Shown here: positions 1 to 8,178 of the stretch, piece by piece
Numbering within the stretch: the first letter of the stretch is position 1
Layout: each line of letters begins with the position of its first letter
DNA from: a virus
Lineage: Duplodnaviria; Caudoviricetes
Virus record (IMG/VR): IMGVR_UViG_3300049020_000013
Location: 1-55,848 of that record
Reading direction: 5' to 3' (one strand)
Length of the DNA: 55,848 nucleotides
Notes under the pieces: model-generated
Seen by the model: only the letters and a program-made list of their open reading frames with translations
What the model was told of the DNA's origin: nothing
Database searches by the model: none
Program-made: the position numbers and the translations under genes

Positions 1-127
1 AGCACTGAGCGTTCCAGGGCGTTTCGTGAGCGGCAACGCCATGCAACGCCATGCAACGCCAATGACGGCACGGAAACGCCTAGAGAAGAGAAGAGAAGAG
101 AAGAGAAGAAGAAAGACATACCGCGCG
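1..127. repeat. Terminal direct repeat, copy 1 (assembly overlap)
   Basis: Identical to 55722-55848. Confidence 0.97.
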
Positions 128-408
128 TGACCGCGCTCGACGATGTCGGGTTCGTCGCCTTCTGGGCTGCATACCCGAACAAAGCCGGTCGCAAAGACGC
201 AACCAGGGCGTGGCAGAAGCTATCCCCGGATGAGGCGTTGCAGGCATCCATCCTCAAGGCTCTTGCATGGCAGAGCCAGGGTGAGGATTGGCGCAAGGAG
301 GGCGGCCGTTTCGTCCCTCGTGCTGCAACCTACCTCAACGGCGAACGCTGGCTCGATGAGCCGCCGAAGGCTGCCGCAGTGGTTGACATCTTCGCTGGAG
401 CGCGGTGA
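1..408 (+). CDS. Replication initiator, C-terminal part
   Basis: FVAFWAAYPNKAGRKDA...AATYLNGERWLDE is a typical phage initiator C-terminal domain. Confidence 0.8.
   Translation, partial: STERSRAFRERQRHATPCNANDGTETPREEKRREEKKKDIPRVTALDDVGFVAFWAAYPNKAGRKDATRAWQKLSPDEALQASILKALAWQSQGEDWRKEGGRFVPRAATYLNGERWLDEPPKAAAVVDIFAGAR
33..116 (+). repeat. Putative replication origin inside the initiator gene: three 10-bp iterons plus a polypurine tract
   Basis: GCAACGCCAT at 33-42 and 43-52, GCAACGCCAA at 53-62, then (AGAAG)n at about 82-116; lambdoid origins lie within the initiator gene. Confidence 0.55.
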
Positions 409-788
409 TGCGTGGCCTGCAGCATCTCGTTGCCATGCGTCGCTCGGGCTACAGGCCCAACGTCGCATTCATCGACTGCGATGCAGGCCCGAAGGCATTG
501 CCCGCCTGGGCGCAGTGGCAGCACCTCAACCCCGACATGGCGGACATCGAGATTGAGCCGGCGGACGCCCTGCTGCGCATCGACTGGAGGCCATTCGTCG
601 GGATGCTGGTGCACGTCAGCGGCACCAGTGAGGCGAGGGTGCGCGGCGTGAAAGACCGGCTCATCGAGGCTGGCGCAAAGCGAGTGATCTACACCCTGCA
701 CCAGCAGATCGGCCAGGACGAGTGGATCGCATTCAAGACCGTGTGGGTGTACGACACGGAAGGCCAATTCGCACCGAGGGAGGCCTGA
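405..788 (+). CDS. Hypothetical protein
   Basis: 127-aa ORF overlapping both the initiator and the helicase. Confidence 0.7.
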   Translation: MMRGLQHLVAMRRSGYRPNVAFIDCDAGPKALPAWAQWQHLNPDMADIEIEPADALLRIDWRPFVGMLVHVSGTSEARVRGVKDRLIEAGAKRVIYTLHQQIGQDEWIAFKTVWVYDTEGQFAPREA

Positions 789-1723
789 TGGCCAGGGTAC
801 TCACCGACGACATCGACTACGCGTCCTATGAGCGGCAGACCGAATGCCGCGCCAAGGTTCGGCGTGCTGCCGTGTTCACCGACGAGCTGCACGCGAGGTT
901 CCTGCCGCCCGAGAAGCAGCCGCGGCACCCGGAGATGTTCTCCACGAAGCTGCGTGGTGGGCTGCGCTTCCGGCCGGGCGAGGTCACCTGCTGGACTGGC
1001 TACAGCAAGCACCGCAAGAGCATGTTCACCGGCCAGGTGGCCCTGGACCTGTGCGTGCAGCGCGAGCGCGTGCTGATGGCGTCGTTCGAGATGTACCCAG
1101 CCGACACCCTGACGCGCATGGCCAAACAGGCATCCGGCATCCAGCCCCCGACCACCGGCTGGCTGGATCGGTTCGCCCAATGGACGGATAACCGCCTATG
1201 GCTGTTCGACCACGTTGGGCGCATCAACCCGCAGCAGTGCATGGCCGTGGCCCGCTACTTTGCCGAGGAGTGCAAGGGTACCCAGTTCTTCGTGGACTCG
1301 ATGATGATGGTCGTCGGCAGCGAGGAGAGCGCGGACGAACAGAAGCAGTTCGCCACCGACATCATCCGGGTGGCCCAAGAAACGGGCCTCCACATCCATC
1401 TCATCACGCACTGCCGCAAGCCGCAGGGCGGGGACGAGTCGAAGCCGCCGACGAAGTACGACGTGCGCGGATCGGCCGCCATCACCGACCAAGCGCACAA
1501 CATCGTCACCGTGTGGGCGAACAAGGCCAAGCGGGCGAAGCTGGAGCGCAACGCATTCGATGCCGAGGCAGCGCAGGAGCCGGATGCGCTGGTGAGCGTC
1601 GAGGGGCAGCGCAACGGCGCATTCGAGGGACGCGTAAAGCTCTGGTTCCACGACGAGAGCATGCGGTTCCTGGATGAGCAGTTCGGCAATTGCGAGCCCT
1701 ACACCCTATCGGAGCCAGCATGA
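788..1723 (+). CDS. DnaB/T7 gp4-like replicative helicase
   Basis: RPGEVTCWTGYSKHRKS (variant Walker A), SFEM, FFVDS (Walker B), LITHCRK, DVRGSAAITDQAHN, QRNG. Confidence 0.85.
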   Translation: MARVLTDDIDYASYERQTECRAKVRRAAVFTDELHARFLPPEKQPRHPEMFSTKLRGGLRFRPGEVTCWTGYSKHRKSMFTGQVALDLCVQRERVLMASFEMYPADTLTRMAKQASGIQPPTTGWLDRFAQWTDNRLWLFDHVGRINPQQCMAVARYFAEECKGTQFFVDSMMMVVGSEESADEQKQFATDIIRVAQETGLHIHLITHCRKPQGGDESKPPTKYDVRGSAAITDQAHNIVTVWANKAKRAKLERNAFDAEAAQEPDALVSVEGQRNGAFEGRVKLWFHDESMRFLDEQFGNCEPYTLSEPA

Positions 1724-1845
1724 ACAGCCAGACAGCCAACCAGGGACGCTACGTCAACTGGGACGCAGCACTAGGCATCTGCCTGGTGTTTGCGCCGTGG
1801 ATCGTGATTGCCGGTGTCGTGCATCTCGTGGCGAGGTGGCTATGA
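1720..1845 (+). CDS. Small membrane protein (41 aa)
   Basis: ATGA overlaps at both ends; hydrophobic LGICLVFAPWIVIAGVVHLV. Confidence 0.5.
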   Translation: MNSQTANQGRYVNWDAALGICLVFAPWIVIAGVVHLVARWL

Positions 1846-2171
1846 CCCGCAAGTACGGGAACAAGCCGTGCGAGGTCGGCGGGCAGAAGTACCGCAGCCA
1901 GCGCGAGCGCGACAGGCACATGGAGCTGCAACTGTTGGAGCGCGCGGGGCAGATCGCTGGACTCACGCGTGAGGTGCCGTTTGTGCTGGCCGACGCGGTG
2001 ACGATCCAGGGCCGCAAGCGTCCGGCGTTGCGCTACTACGCGGACTTCGTTTACTGCACAGCTGATGGCCTGCACGTGGTCGAGGACTGCAAGGGCGTGA
2101 GGACAGAGGCCTACCGAGTCAAGCGCCATCTGATGCGGTCGGTGCATGGCATCGAGATCAAGGAGACATGA
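1842..2171 (+). CDS. DUF1064-family PD-(D/E)XK nuclease-like protein
   Basis: KYGNK...SQRE...YYADFVY...VVEDCKG...YRVKRHLM. Confidence 0.85.
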   Translation: MTRKYGNKPCEVGGQKYRSQRERDRHMELQLLERAGQIAGLTREVPFVLADAVTIQGRKRPALRYYADFVYCTADGLHVVEDCKGVRTEAYRVKRHLMRSVHGIEIKET

Positions 2172-2393
2172 ATGACGTGGCATCGCAACGCCGTGGTGAG
2201 TAGCGAGCTGACGCCGCGAGAACGGGAAGTACTGACGCTGGTTGGAAAGGGTTGCACGGACGGCGAGGTGGCGAACCTGCTTGGGATAACGGCTGGCACG
2301 GTCCGGAGTTACATGCAGGTCATCTTCGAGAAGCTGGACGTGTCGGGCCGTGTAGAAGCGGCGGTATGGGCGTGCAAGCAAGGATGGCTGTAG
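2172..2393 (+). CDS. Stand-alone LuxR/NarL-type HTH regulator
   Basis: LTPREREVLTLVGKG...VANLLGITAGTVRSY...IFEKLDVSGRVEA. Confidence 0.9.
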   Translation: MTWHRNAVVSSELTPREREVLTLVGKGCTDGEVANLLGITAGTVRSYMQVIFEKLDVSGRVEAAVWACKQGWL

Positions 2394-2430
2394 TGACGGC
2401 ACACGACACACAACAGGAGGTAGAGCCGCT

Positions 2431-2658
2431 ATGAGTGCAGAGGGTTACGGCATCAATATTACGGGCGCGACATTTGTGGGCCTGCAATTAGTCCTAGCCG
2501 CAAAGCAATTCGCGCATTGGCGCTACGAGTGCATGGCATGCGGAGTTCCGTACACCGAGATCAGCATCAACTGCGACGACAGGGTGATCACTCTGTCGTA
2601 TGACGAGTTCGTTCGCCGCGTGTTCATGGGCGACGCAGCACAGGAGGTAGAGGCATGA
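2431..2658 (+). CDS. Hypothetical protein
   Basis: Strong AGGAGG Shine-Dalgarno; 75 aa. Confidence 0.6.
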   Translation: MSAEGYGINITGATFVGLQLVLAAKQFAHWRYECMACGVPYTEISINCDDRVITLSYDEFVRRVFMGDAAQEVEA

Positions 2659-2843
2659 AGAACCTATGGATCGTGATAGCCGTGGTGGCCTGTGTTGTCG
2701 CGCTGGGCGCAATGGATGTCATCAAGGCGAGGGATCAGGAAGTCACTGCGGCGGCGCTGAAGCTGGCCCTGGAGTCCGAGAAGACGCGCCAATTGGAGGC
2801 GCTTGCCAGGAGTGCGAAGTGCATTCGCCAGGACGGCCTGTGA
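2655..2843 (+). CDS. Hypothetical membrane-anchored protein
   Basis: N-terminal hydrophobic helix; AGGAGG Shine-Dalgarno. Confidence 0.6.
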   Translation: MKNLWIVIAVVACVVALGAMDVIKARDQEVTAAALKLALESEKTRQLEALARSAKCIRQDGL

Positions 2844-3073
2844 CCGGCTGCAAAGCATGCGAAGAGGCGGAAACGAATCCGCGCACAGGCCTGTACACCC
2901 ACGGGTGCATGCAGTGCCAAGCCAGGATGCTTGCGCATAGCCCAGCAGCACATGTGAGAGAGCGAGACCCATCGCAGATCCAGGCCGCTATGAGGCGCAC
3001 CTGGCCAGACGAAGAGAAATACCGGCGAGGCAGGTCGATGGTGTGGGCGTGGATTAAGAGGCTGGAGGCCTGA
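2840..3073 (+). CDS. Hypothetical Zn-finger protein
   Basis: GTGA overlap; CKAC...CMQC. Confidence 0.6.
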   Translation: MTGCKACEEAETNPRTGLYTHGCMQCQARMLAHSPAAHVRERDPSQIQAAMRRTWPDEEKYRRGRSMVWAWIKRLEA

Positions 3074-3089
3074 TTTGAGAAGAGACGTT

Positions 3090-3950
3090 ATGCAATGCCC
3101 TAAAGGTATGTCCGTGCTTGTCACGGGTGGGACGGGATTCTTCGGACAGGCCTTCGTCAGAGAGGCGCTGGAGCGCGGGGCGCGGCGCGTTTGCGTTCTG
3201 TCGCGCGATGAGCACAAGCATGCAGCGATGCAGGAGGCGTTCGCTGACGACCCACGGCTACGCTGGTTCGTTGGCGATGTGAGGTTCCAGGATCGGCTCG
3301 AGGAGGCGATGGAGGATGTTGACCTCGTTGTACACGCGGCCGCATTGAAGCGCATCCAGACGGGGTTTTACAACCCGGAGGAGATGAAGCGTACGAACGT
3401 AGAGGGAGCCTGGAATGTCATCAAGGCGGCGAAGCGTATGCGGGTGTCCCGCGTGGTCGCGCTGTCATCTGACAAGGCGTTCGAGCCGGTGAGTGAGTAC
3501 GGCCGATCCAAGGCCTCGGCCGAGGGGGCGTTTCTATCGGCCAACAACACCAGGGGTGCTAACGGGCCTATCTATGCCTGTGTTCGCTATGGCAACGTCT
3601 GGAACAGCACTGGGTCCATCGTCCCGAAATGGCGCGCGCTCATTGCCGCCGGGGCGACGGAGGTTCCCGTCACCGACCCAGATTGCACGCGATTCTTCAT
3701 GCGCATTAGTGAGGCGGTGGACCTCGTGATGCACACGGCGGAGACGATGAAGGGCGGGGAATTGAACATCCCAGACTTGCCGGCGTTTCGGGTCGGCGAC
3801 TTGGCTGAAGCGATGGGGGTTGGCATGCGGGTTATGGGGCTGCCGGCCTTTGAGAAAAAGCACGAAGCGATGGGCCCCGGCAACAGCAGTGATCTGGCGC
3901 GCCGCATGTCGGTGGATGAGTTGCGCAAGGAGTTGGAATGCGTCCGATGA
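3090..3950 (+). CDS. pseB: UDP-GlcNAc 4,6-dehydratase (PseB/FlaA1-like SDR); alternative start at 3108
   Basis: VTGGTGFFG, SRDEHK, GDVR, VHAAALK, ALSSDKA, YGRSK (YxxxK), VRYGNV, TRFFM. Confidence 0.9.
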   Translation: MQCPKGMSVLVTGGTGFFGQAFVREALERGARRVCVLSRDEHKHAAMQEAFADDPRLRWFVGDVRFQDRLEEAMEDVDLVVHAAALKRIQTGFYNPEEMKRTNVEGAWNVIKAAKRMRVSRVVALSSDKAFEPVSEYGRSKASAEGAFLSANNTRGANGPIYACVRYGNVWNSTGSIVPKWRALIAAGATEVPVTDPDCTRFFMRISEAVDLVMHTAETMKGGELNIPDLPAFRVGDLAEAMGVGMRVMGLPAFEKKHEAMGPGNSSDLARRMSVDELRKELECVR

Positions 3951-4549
3951 GCCCACACGACGTAACCCGCCAGTTCGAGGCGGCCCTGTGCGAGTACACC
4001 GGTGCCAAGTACGCGGTGACGACGACCAGCTGCACGATGGCGATTCAGATCGCTCTGGCGTGGCATTGCTGGTCGGGCAAGGGGTCGAAAGTGAGCATGC
4101 CGCGCCTGTCCTATGTAGGAGTGCCGGCGGCGATCCTGAATGCAGGCATGTGGCCGGAGTTTCGCCGCGAGGACTGGCAGGGCGAATACCAGTTCGAGCC
4201 GCTGCCGGTGTGGGACTCGGCCCGCCGATTCACCAGCGGCATGTTCCGGCCCGGTGCCATGCAATGCGTGTCGTTCCACTGGTCCAAGATCCTAGGGCTG
4301 AGCCAGGGAGGAGCCATCCTCCACGACAACGACGAGGCCGACGCATGGCTGAGGCGTGCCAGATTCGATGGGCGCACAGAGGGCGTGGACCCAAAGCATG
4401 ACAAGGTGCAGTACCCATCGTGGCACGCCTACCTGTCCCCCGAAGTCGCTGCGCACGGGCTGATGAAGCTGTCGCTGCTGCCCAGGCACAACCCGGACCT
4501 GCCGCGGTCCGACTACCCCGACCTATCAACCATGGAGGCCTTCAAGTGA
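3938..4549 (+). CDS. pseC: DegT/DnrJ/EryC1/StrS PLP aminotransferase (PseC-like, shortened)
   Basis: FEAALCEYTGAKYAVTTTSCT, DSA, SFHWSKILGLSQGGAIL (PLP-lysine motif). Confidence 0.8.
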   Translation: MRPMSPHDVTRQFEAALCEYTGAKYAVTTTSCTMAIQIALAWHCWSGKGSKVSMPRLSYVGVPAAILNAGMWPEFRREDWQGEYQFEPLPVWDSARRFTSGMFRPGAMQCVSFHWSKILGLSQGGAILHDNDEADAWLRRARFDGRTEGVDPKHDKVQYPSWHAYLSPEVAAHGLMKLSLLPRHNPDLPRSDYPDLSTMEAFK

Positions 4550-4857
4550 GCGCCGAACTAACGACAGACACGCTCGCAGTGGGCGACAGGGATGGGATGG
4601 TGTGCCTTCAGTTCCCGAAGCCAGTGCAGTGGTGCACGCTGGACCCGGATACGGCCCGCAACGTTGGCGAGGCCATGGCGCGGCAGGCATACGTCACGCA
4701 GTACGGCGCGGCCCCCAGCCGATCGGCAATCACGGTAGCGATCCAGCAAAAGCTCATCAACCGTGTGTCGCTGCTGCTGCGCAACAGGCCAAACGAGCGG
4801 CCCGAGCTGACGGCGCACCGCCTAGTTGACATCGTTCTATCCGAGGTGGATCGATGA
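4546..4857 (+). CDS. Hypothetical protein within the sugar operon
   Basis: GTGA and ATGA overlaps with its neighbours; 103 aa. Confidence 0.65.
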   Translation: MSAELTTDTLAVGDRDGMVCLQFPKPVQWCTLDPDTARNVGEAMARQAYVTQYGAAPSRSAITVAIQQKLINRVSLLLRNRPNERPELTAHRLVDIVLSEVDR

Positions 4858-5426
4858 GCTGCGTAGCCATCATCCCTGCCCGAGGCGGAAGCGTCCGTAT
4901 CCCGCGCAAGAACATCAAGGCCTTCCGCGGCAAGCCAATCATCGCCTACAGCATCCAGACAGCCATGGATAGTGGGCTGTTTGCCGCCGTCATCGTGAGC
5001 ACGGATGACGATGAGATTGCCCTGACAGCGCTGAAGCTCGGCGCGCTGGTGAGTTGGCGGGATCCAGACGACGGCACAAAAGGAACCCAAGAGGTGGCCG
5101 GCGAGGTGCTGCGCAAGATGCCCGGCATTGACGAGGCGTGCGTGATCTACGCAACCGCACCGCTGTTGTGTATGGACGACCTCAAGGCAGCCAGAGACGC
5201 CGTGGTGCGCGGTGCTCAGTACGCAATGACCGTCGCGAATCCACTGGCGGATGCTGGTGCGGCGTACTGGGGCAAGGCAGATGCCTTCCGGCAGGGGGCG
5301 CCGCTGCTTGGGCCGAACACAGCAATGGTCGCGCTGCCGCCAGAGCGGGTGTGTGACATCAACACCCTGGACGACTGGTCTAGGGCAGAGCAACTCTTTG
5401 ATGCGTTGAGGAGCGCAGCAGCATGA
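4854..5426 (+). CDS. pseF: CMP-nonulosonate synthetase (PseF/NeuA cytidylyltransferase)
   Basis: AIIPARGGSVRIPRKNIKAFRGKPIIAYSI, VSTDDDEIA, YATAPLL, DINTLDDW. Confidence 0.92.
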   Translation: MSCVAIIPARGGSVRIPRKNIKAFRGKPIIAYSIQTAMDSGLFAAVIVSTDDDEIALTALKLGALVSWRDPDDGTKGTQEVAGEVLRKMPGIDEACVIYATAPLLCMDDLKAARDAVVRGAQYAMTVANPLADAGAAYWGKADAFRQGAPLLGPNTAMVALPPERVCDINTLDDWSRAEQLFDALRSAAA

Positions 5427-6001
5427 ACACTGTGGAGTTCTGGTCCGGCGAGTTCGGCGATGAGTACGTTGACAGGAATCGGGTGGATTGGCAAAAGCGC
5501 GAGCACTTCTGGCGCGGAGTCATGCCCAAGGATGCGCGCACTGTGCTGGAGGTCGGTTGCAACATCGGCAGCAACCTCAAGGCCATTCGCTCGGCCTGCG
5601 ACCTGCACCCAGTCGGCGTGGATGTGAACGAGAAGGCGCTACTGGAGGCGGCCGGCGCCGGGTTCGAGGTTCACCGCATGCCAGCGGCCGACATTGCCGA
5701 GCGCCTCGGTGTGGGGTCGTTCGATGTGGTGTTCACGGCCGGCGTGCTCATCCACATCGCCCCGGAGGATCTGGACCGCGTGATGGCGGCCATTGTGGCG
5801 GCGAGCAAACGCTACGTGATTGCCGTGGAGTACGCCCACCCGGAAGAGACGCATGTCACGTACCGTGGGCACGAGGGCAAGCTTTGGAAGCGCCCTTACG
5901 GCCAGCTCTATCAGGCGCTGGGGCTCACGCTCGATGGTTTCGGGTTCGTCGGACACGGCGAGGGCTTCGACAACTGCGCATGGTGGAGGCTCACCAAGTG
6001 A
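5423..6001 (+). CDS. Pseudaminic-acid-biosynthesis-associated SAM methyltransferase
   Basis: FWSGEFGDEYVDRN, VLEVGCNIGSNL, FDVVFTAGVLIHI, YRGHEGKLWKR. Confidence 0.88.
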   Translation: MNTVEFWSGEFGDEYVDRNRVDWQKREHFWRGVMPKDARTVLEVGCNIGSNLKAIRSACDLHPVGVDVNEKALLEAAGAGFEVHRMPAADIAERLGVGSFDVVFTAGVLIHIAPEDLDRVMAAIVAASKRYVIAVEYAHPEETHVTYRGHEGKLWKRPYGQLYQALGLTLDGFGFVGHGEGFDNCAWWRLTK

Positions 6002-7056
6002 GCGCCATTCGCTGCAAAACCTGCGTGATGCCGTCGACCCGCCCTGACACGCCGTTCATCGACGGCGAGTGCTCGGCCTGCGTCAGCTACCGCAAGCGCC
6101 GAACCATCGATTGGGCCGCACGCGAAAAGGAGCTGCTGCAGATCCTGGACCGCCACGACGGCCGGTGCATCGTGCCCAGCTCTGGCGGCAAGGACAGCAC
6201 ATGGCAAGTGCTGAAGCTGCTCGAACTCGGCGCTGACGTGACGGTGGTCACTGCCCGCACATGCCACCTCACACCCATTGGTCGCGCCAACATCGACAAC
6301 CTCGCGCGCTATGCCAGGACCATTGAGGTGGTGCCGAACATGACGGTGCGGGCGAAGTTGAACCGGCTCGGACTTGAGTTGGTCGGTGACATCTCCTGGC
6401 CAGAGCACTGTGCGATCTTTACCACGCCGTTCAACATGGCAAAGCAGCTTGGGATCTCGCTGCTGTTCTATGGCGAATGCCCGCAGGAGGCCTACGGCGG
6501 CCCGCTTGGCAGCGACGAGAACAAGCAGATGACGCTGCGCTGGCGCTCAGAGTTCGGCGGATTCCTTGGCTTGAGGCCCGCCGATTTCGTCGGCATGGAG
6601 GGCATCACCGAGCGGGACATGGTGGATTACACGATCCACGACCCTGCGTATCCGGTGGAGGCGTACTTTCTGGGGCAGTTCTACGAGTGGGACAGCCGGC
6701 GCAATGCGGCGGTGGCGATTGAGAGCGGAATGCAGCTGCTGGCAGACCGCCCATGCAACGGCAATGCGTGGGAATTCGAGAACCTGGACAACGCACAAAC
6801 AGGGCTGCACGACTATTTCATGCTGCTGAAGTACGGCTTCTCGCGCGGCACGCAGCAAGTGAGCGTGGATGTGCGCAGCGGCTTCATGTCGCGGGAGCCG
6901 GCGCTGCGCTTCGCCAGCAGCTCCGAGGGGTGCGGTCTGCCGTTGCAGTATGCCGGCGTCAGCCTCACCGAGGTGCTTGACCGCATCGGAATGACGCGCG
7001 CTCAACTGGATGCCTGCGTCGATAGGTTCACGAACAGGGCCATCCATGCTGGCTAA
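5998..7056 (+). CDS. N-acetyl-sugar amidotransferase (PseA/WbuX/PtmG family, acetamidino-forming)
   Basis: CKTCVMPSTRPD...CSAC, PP-loop SGGKDS, YGECPQEAYGG, NLDN...HDY...KYGF. Confidence 0.9.
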   Translation: MSAIRCKTCVMPSTRPDTPFIDGECSACVSYRKRRTIDWAAREKELLQILDRHDGRCIVPSSGGKDSTWQVLKLLELGADVTVVTARTCHLTPIGRANIDNLARYARTIEVVPNMTVRAKLNRLGLELVGDISWPEHCAIFTTPFNMAKQLGISLLFYGECPQEAYGGPLGSDENKQMTLRWRSEFGGFLGLRPADFVGMEGITERDMVDYTIHDPAYPVEAYFLGQFYEWDSRRNAAVAIESGMQLLADRPCNGNAWEFENLDNAQTGLHDYFMLLKYGFSRGTQQVSVDVRSGFMSREPALRFASSSEGCGLPLQYAGVSLTEVLDRIGMTRAQLDACVDRFTNRAIHAG

Positions 7057-7750
7057 GCGCATCATTCCAACGATGCTGTGCCGCGGCCGCACCCTGGTGA
7101 AGGGCAAGCAGTTCGCCGGTGACCGCAGCATCGGCCATGTCCAGCAGGCGGCAAGAGTCCATGCACGCCGGGGTGTGGATGAGCTGCTCATCCTGGACAT
7201 AGGCGCCAGCAAGGAAGAGCGCGGCCCAGACCTGGAAATGGTGCGCGAGTTGGCCGCCGAGTGCTACATCCCGGTCACAGTGGGTGGCGGCATTTGCCTG
7301 CTGGACGACATCGACGCGCTGCTGCGGGCCGGCGCGGACAAGGTGTCCATCTGCACCCATGCCACGGAGCCATTCATCCGTGCGGCGGCGGAGCACTTTG
7401 GCCGCCAGGCCATCACCGTAGTCGTAGAGCACGGCGACGAGTCGCTTGCGCAGACGGTTTACAGTGCATTGCAGGCCCAAGATGCAGGCGCCGGAGAAGT
7501 CATCGTCCAGTCAAAGCCCCGGGACGGGGTGCTGTGCGGGTATGACCTGCCAGTCGTGAGTGCCGTGTCAATGGCGCTGGATGTTCCTGTCATTGCCTCT
7601 GGTGGCTGTGGCACGCCAGAGCACATGCACGAGGCCCTGCAGGCTGGTGCTGATGCCGTGGCGGCCGGCGCCATGTTTGCGTTCACTGACCACACGCCTA
7701 GAAGTTGCGCGCAGTACCTGAGGACCAAGGGATGGGAGGTACGCCTATGA
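7046..7750 (+). CDS. HisF-like cyclase-fold subunit (WbuZ-type partner of the amidotransferase)
   Basis: KRIIPTML...VKG, GVDELLILDIGAS, PVTVGGGI, GADKV, DGVLCGYDL, PVIASGGCG. Confidence 0.9.
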   Translation: MLAKRIIPTMLCRGRTLVKGKQFAGDRSIGHVQQAARVHARRGVDELLILDIGASKEERGPDLEMVRELAAECYIPVTVGGGICLLDDIDALLRAGADKVSICTHATEPFIRAAAEHFGRQAITVVVEHGDESLAQTVYSALQAQDAGAGEVIVQSKPRDGVLCGYDLPVVSAVSMALDVPVIASGGCGTPEHMHEALQAGADAVAAGAMFAFTDHTPRSCAQYLRTKGWEVRL

Positions 7751-8178
7751 GGCTAATCAGCGCCTACAGCCACCCTGATGCGCTTCGGCGTCTGTACGAC
7801 CTTCTGGCCGAGCGCAAGCCGGAGCAGTCGATCAGTCACAAGCGGATGCCCTCATGGGAGGAGCATGTGGCATTCGTGGAATCGAGGCCATATGAGGCGT
7901 GGTATCTCATCGACGTTGTGACGGAGAACGTCGATGACGTTGCGCTCATCACGGAGATAGCTGGGGCCGTGTACCTCTCAAGGCAGCGCGAGATCGGCAT
8001 CGGGATTTTCGAGAGGTTCCGTGGCAACGGCTACGCGAGCCACGCAGTCAGATCGTTGATGACGCGCCACCCTGGCCGCTTCCTGGCAAACATCAACCCC
8101 GCCAACGAGCCGAGCATTCGGCTGTTCCGCGGCCTAGGGTTCGGCGGCCCCATCCAAATCACGCTGGAGAAGACATGA
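7747..8178 (+). CDS. GNAT N-acetyltransferase (PseH-like by position)
   Basis: SWEEHVAF, EIGIGIFERFRGNGYAS, NEPSIRLFRGLGF. Confidence 0.8.
   Translation: MRLISAYSHPDALRRLYDLLAERKPEQSISHKRMPSWEEHVAFVESRPYEAWYLIDVVTENVDDVALITEIAGAVYLSRQREIGIGIFERFRGNGYASHAVRSLMTRHPGRFLANINPANEPSIRLFRGLGFGGPIQITLEKT

Noticed and set aside
1-127. Terminal repeat as a biological DTR
   Set aside because: 127 bp matches a common assembler k-mer and falls inside the initiator ORF, so it reflects circular assembly
5488-5997. N-terminal extension of the amidotransferase (522-aa ORF)
   Set aside because: It overlaps the methylase in another frame; family motifs begin at GTG 5998
7046-7750. hisF as a histidine-biosynthesis auxiliary gene
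   Set aside because: It overlaps a WbuX/PseA amidotransferase and no other his genes are present, so it is the sugar-tailoring paralog
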